The notes under the pieces: generated by a model
Seen by the model: the letters and a program-made list of their open reading frames with translations, nothing else
Told to the model about the DNA's origin: nothing
Databases searched by the model: none
Shown here: positions 61,521-64,000 of the stretch, piece after piece
Layout of the letters: every line of letters starts with the position of its first letter
Numbering within the stretch: position 1 is the stretch's first letter
Position numbers and translations under genes: made by a program
DNA from: Deltaproteobacteria bacterium
GTDB taxonomy: Bacteria > Myxococcota_A > Polyangia > Polyangiales > JADJMO01
NCBI GenBank assembly: GCA_022843175.1
Contig: JALHOE010000001.1
Span: forward strand, 70,988-134,987
Reading direction: 5' to 3'
Length of the DNA stretch: 64,000 nt

Positions 61521-62788
61521 GACGGCACCGCGACCCGGGGGGTGCCAACAGCACGTCCGAGCTTGACCCAGGTGATCGCGAGCCGGATCTCCGACACCAC
61601 CTGCTCCATCCGGGTCATCCGCAACATCGCGAGAGAATCGAGCACCGACACGAGCGGTGCCTGGCCGGTCCCATAGCTCGCGAGTTGGAGTGAGACCGCC
61701 TGCCTGGCGATCGGCACCAACTTGTCGCGCGTCGTCTCGAAGCGGATTTTGGCCGCGACGACTGCGCCGCGCGCGCTCGCCACCTCGCCCTCGATCATCT
61801 TCCGCATGGCGGCGGTCTCGGCGTCGACCATCGTCGACATCTGCGTCGCTTCGGCGACTCCCGCACCGAGCTTCTCTCGCCAGAGCGGCACGCTGACGCC
61901 GACCATGAGCATCACGCCGGGGCCATCCGCCATCGTGTACGACGGGCCCGTCCGGACGAAGGCCATCGGGTTGTACATCGACTTCATGACCGCGATGTCG
62001 GCCTGCGCCTTTTCGAGCTTGAACTTCATCACGGTCAATTCGGGGCGCTTCGCAATTGCGAGCGTGACGAGCTTGGGGTTGTCCGGTGGCTCGCTCGTAG
62101 GCACCGTGAGCGCGGTCTCCGGGACGCTCGCTTCGACCGAACGTGCGAGTGTCGCGTTGAGCATGCCCTTCGCCGCGACGAGCTCGGCATCGACGGCCGT
62201 GCGCTCGCTCGTGAGTCGTGCGACGTCGAGCCGCGCGCGCACGACGTCGCCGGCGCTGCCGGTGCCACCCTCGAGTCGGGCGAGCGTCGCTTCGACGATG
62301 GCCTTCGCGGTCGCAATCTGTTCGTCGAGCACGGCCTGCATCCGCTCGCGCTCGACGACCATCAGGTAAGCGACCAACGCCTCCACTTCGACGTCGAGAG
62401 CGACGCGACCCACGTCCGCGCCAGCTGCGCGAGCGTCGGCCTCGGCGGAGGCCTTCTTGTTCCCGAGGACGCCCGACAATGGAAAGTCCTGCTGCACAAG
62501 CAGGGTCGCGTCGACGCCGGTCAGCTTGAGCGGCAGATGATCCATGGAGACCATGACCATCGGATCGGGCAACGCAGAAACCACCTTCGGCGTCTCCGCG
62601 AGCGCGCCCGCCTTTGCCTTCGCCGCCGCGATCTCCGCTCGGTGCGCTTTCGCCCACGTGACCACGTCGTCCGGATGGAGCGGCGATGGGAGTGCCGCAG
62701 GTGCCTGTGCGTGTGCGTTCGTTGCGCCGAGTGCGATGGAGGCGGCGACAGCAATGAGCGGGAGCCAATGAGGTCGGCGAGAGCGCAT
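61517..62788 (-). CDS. cusC: TolC-family outer-membrane factor (CusC-like)
   Basis: ATG 62788 gives signal peptide MRSRRPHWLPLIAVAASIALGATNAHA; TolC-like repeat helices. Confidence 0.85.
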   Translation of the reverse strand: MRSRRPHWLPLIAVAASIALGATNAHAQAPAALPSPLHPDDVVTWAKAHRAEIAAAKAKAGALAETPKVVSALPDPMVMVSMDHLPLKLTGVDATLLVQQDFPLSGVLGNKKASAEADARAAGADVGRVALDVEVEALVAYLMVVERERMQAVLDEQIATAKAIVEATLARLEGGTGSAGDVVRARLDVARLTSERTAVDAELVAAKGMLNATLARSVEASVPETALTVPTSEPPDNPKLVTLAIAKRPELTVMKFKLEKAQADIAVMKSMYNPMAFVRTGPSYTMADGPGVMLMVGVSVPLWREKLGAGVAEATQMSTMVDAETAAMRKMIEGEVASARGAVVAAKIRFETTRDKLVPIARQAVSLQLASYGTGQAPLVSVLDSLAMLRMTRMEQVVSEIRLAITWVKLGRAVGTPRVAVPS

Positions 62789-62895
62789 GCTCGACTGCAA
62801 CAGCAATCTGCAGGCCGCGCGAGAGTTGCGGATGTCCTCGAACTTCAGCGATTTTGGCGGCGCGAATCGCGTGCGCGGCGGTGCAGCTTCTGCGA

Positions 62896-62912
62896 GTGAC
62901 CGGCACGGACAC
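62896..62912. promoter_or_regulatory. GTGAC-N7-GACAC dyad (one mismatch), upstream of cusCBA
   Basis: gtgaccggcacggacac. Confidence 0.4.
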
Positions 62913-62962
62913 AGGTTTGCCCGGCGTTTCGACAGCGCGTCCTTTGCACCGTGTCCGCGTTG

Positions 62963-62979
62963 GTCACGATCGCGGTGAC
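62963..62979. promoter_or_regulatory. everted GTCAC-N7-GTGAC dyad
   Basis: gtcacgatcgcggtgac, between cusC and the beta-propeller gene. Confidence 0.3.
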
Positions 62980-63055
62980 ATCGCTCACGGTTCACCGGGG
63001 TGCCGCGGCCTAGTGTTCGTGCGTGCGCGACACGCGCCCCAAAGAAAGGCCAGCC

Positions 63056-64000
63056 ATGAAGCAGACCCTGATCGCCTCAGTCGCTATCACTCTCGCCGCG
63101 TGCGGATCCACGGAGGAGCAACCGAAGTCGGCCGCGACCGCCGACGCAGTCAAGATCTATGTAGCCGTCGAGGAGGGTGCGGCTATCGCCGTACTCGATG
63201 GACGCGATCTCCGGACGCTCAAGGAGATCGCACTTCCCGAATACATGCCGCACAACGTCCAGGTCGCACCGGACGGAAGGTCGGTTTGGTCGGCGAACGT
63301 CGCGATGGAGGGCATGGGCATGCAGGACCAGCTCGTCCAGATCGATCCGACGACGGACGAGATCGTCGCGCGCATCGACCTCGGCGCCGAGGTCCACCCT
63401 GCGCACGTCGTCGTTACGCCGGACTCGAAGACGGTGCTCGTGACTGGTGCCGAGAAGAACGAGGTCATTCGCATCGACGCGGCGTCGCGCAAGATCCTCG
63501 ATCGCATCGTGTTGGGACACGGCTCGGGCGTTCACGGCGCGCGGATCTCGGTCGACGGCGGCGCGATCTGGGCTGCCGAGATCGACGGCAAGTGCGCGGC
63601 GCGCGTCGAGCTGGCGACGGGCAAGCAGGATCATGTCGACCTCGAAGGGCAGGCCGTTCAAATGGCGGTCTCGCGTGATGGTCGGTACGCCTTCGCGTCG
63701 CAGTACGACACGAAGAAGGTCGCGCGCATCGACCTCGCGTCGCGCGCTGTGAGCTACGTTGCGTTGCCGCCCGAGTCGCAGGGGCCAGTCCAGCTGTATC
63801 CGGCGGCCGGCGGTCGATCGATGCTCGTCGCCGACCAGGGGATCCTCGCGGGGCGCCCGGCCTCGAACAAGCTCTACGTGGTCGACATCGAGGGGCTGTC
63901 GGTAACGGCGACCATCGACGTGGGAGTCGGCGCGCATGGCGTCGTCGCGCACGACAACCGCGCGTACGTGACGGCGATCGGCGACGACACGGTGACTGCG
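63056..64000 (+). CDS. YVTN-type beta-propeller lipoprotein (3' partial, runs off the window)
   Basis: Not in the ORF track (open-ended). I translated it manually: MKQTLIASVAITLAACGS lipobox, then repeated ...D..T..V...I.VG..PH.V.V.PDG... blades with no stop to position 64000. Confidence 0.7.
   Translation, partial: MKQTLIASVAITLAACGSTEEQPKSAATADAVKIYVAVEEGAAIAVLDGRDLRTLKEIALPEYMPHNVQVAPDGRSVWSANVAMEGMGMQDQLVQIDPTTDEIVARIDLGAEVHPAHVVVTPDSKTVLVTGAEKNEVIRIDAASRKILDRIVLGHGSGVHGARISVDGGAIWAAEIDGKCAARVELATGKQDHVDLEGQAVQMAVSRDGRYAFASQYDTKKVARIDLASRAVSYVALPPESQGPVQLYPAAGGRSMLVADQGILAGRPASNKLYVVDIEGLSVTATIDVGVGAHGVVAHDNRAYVTAIGDDTVTA

Noticed and set aside
60291-62912. The 873-aa ORF spanning cusB and most of cusC.
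   Set aside because: Only the C-terminal 409 aa (from ATG 61520) look like a membrane fusion protein. The upstream part is an Arg-rich out-of-frame overlay on the cusC coding region.

Overview
This is a very GC-rich segment, roughly two-thirds G+C by eye (not computed). It is almost certainly from a myxobacterium (Myxococcota): it has a MYXO-CTERM sorting tag, Myxococcus-type Cys-rich repeats, a CorE-like sigma factor and many lipoproteins. The whole window is a metal-homeostasis and envelope thiol-redox island. No rRNA, tRNA, CRISPR array or recognisable phage or defence genes were seen.

Layout:
- 0.3-4.8 kb: a TonB-dependent receptor, two unannotated Cys-rich micropeptide genes, and a secreted DMF-ase-like protein.
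- 5-20 kb: a lipoprotein-rich block. It holds an Lgt paralog, five thioredoxin-fold modules, Cys-rich lipoproteins, two multicopper oxidases, a Trx/di-heme peroxidase fusion and an outer-membrane barrel.
- 21.4-28 kb: a czcD-czcCBA-type divalent-cation efflux operon.
- 28-30.3 kb: a Cys-rich membrane protein with an ECF sigma and an anti-sigma candidate.
- 30.3-34.2 kb: an arsenic block (arsC, gapdh, arsJ, arsH, ynfA).
- 34.2-36.5 kb: regulators (DUF47, MarR, CorE-like ECF sigma).
- 36.5-40.5 kb: a mer-like operon with a non-canonical flavoprotein.
- 40.8-41.7 kb: a frameshifted IS transposase.
- 42-56 kb: duplicated copper modules (DUF326 four-helix Cu proteins, GH15, DUF305, GMC oxidoreductase, Met-rich lipoprotein, outer-membrane barrel, SDR, VKOR).
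- 57-62.8 kb: cusCBA.
- 63 kb to the end: a partial beta-propeller lipoprotein.

Most interesting observations:
1. A 17-bp dyad, GTGAC-N7-GTCAC, occurs 13 times perfectly. All copies are intergenic, in front of most copper/redox transcription units. This looks like a candidate regulon operator.
2. A thioredoxin-fold lipoprotein has an in-frame UGA exactly at the first Cys of its CxxC motif, followed by a SECIS-like hairpin. It is a probable selenoprotein that the ORF track splits in two.
3. A family of unannotated micropeptides carries repeated HCGDPP motifs, plus a separate Cys-rich 25-mer.
4. A mer-like operon contains a 52-aa CC-rich peptide and a CzcO-like flavoprotein ending in GCCA.

All family assignments are from motif recognition by eye. 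No database search or computation was run.
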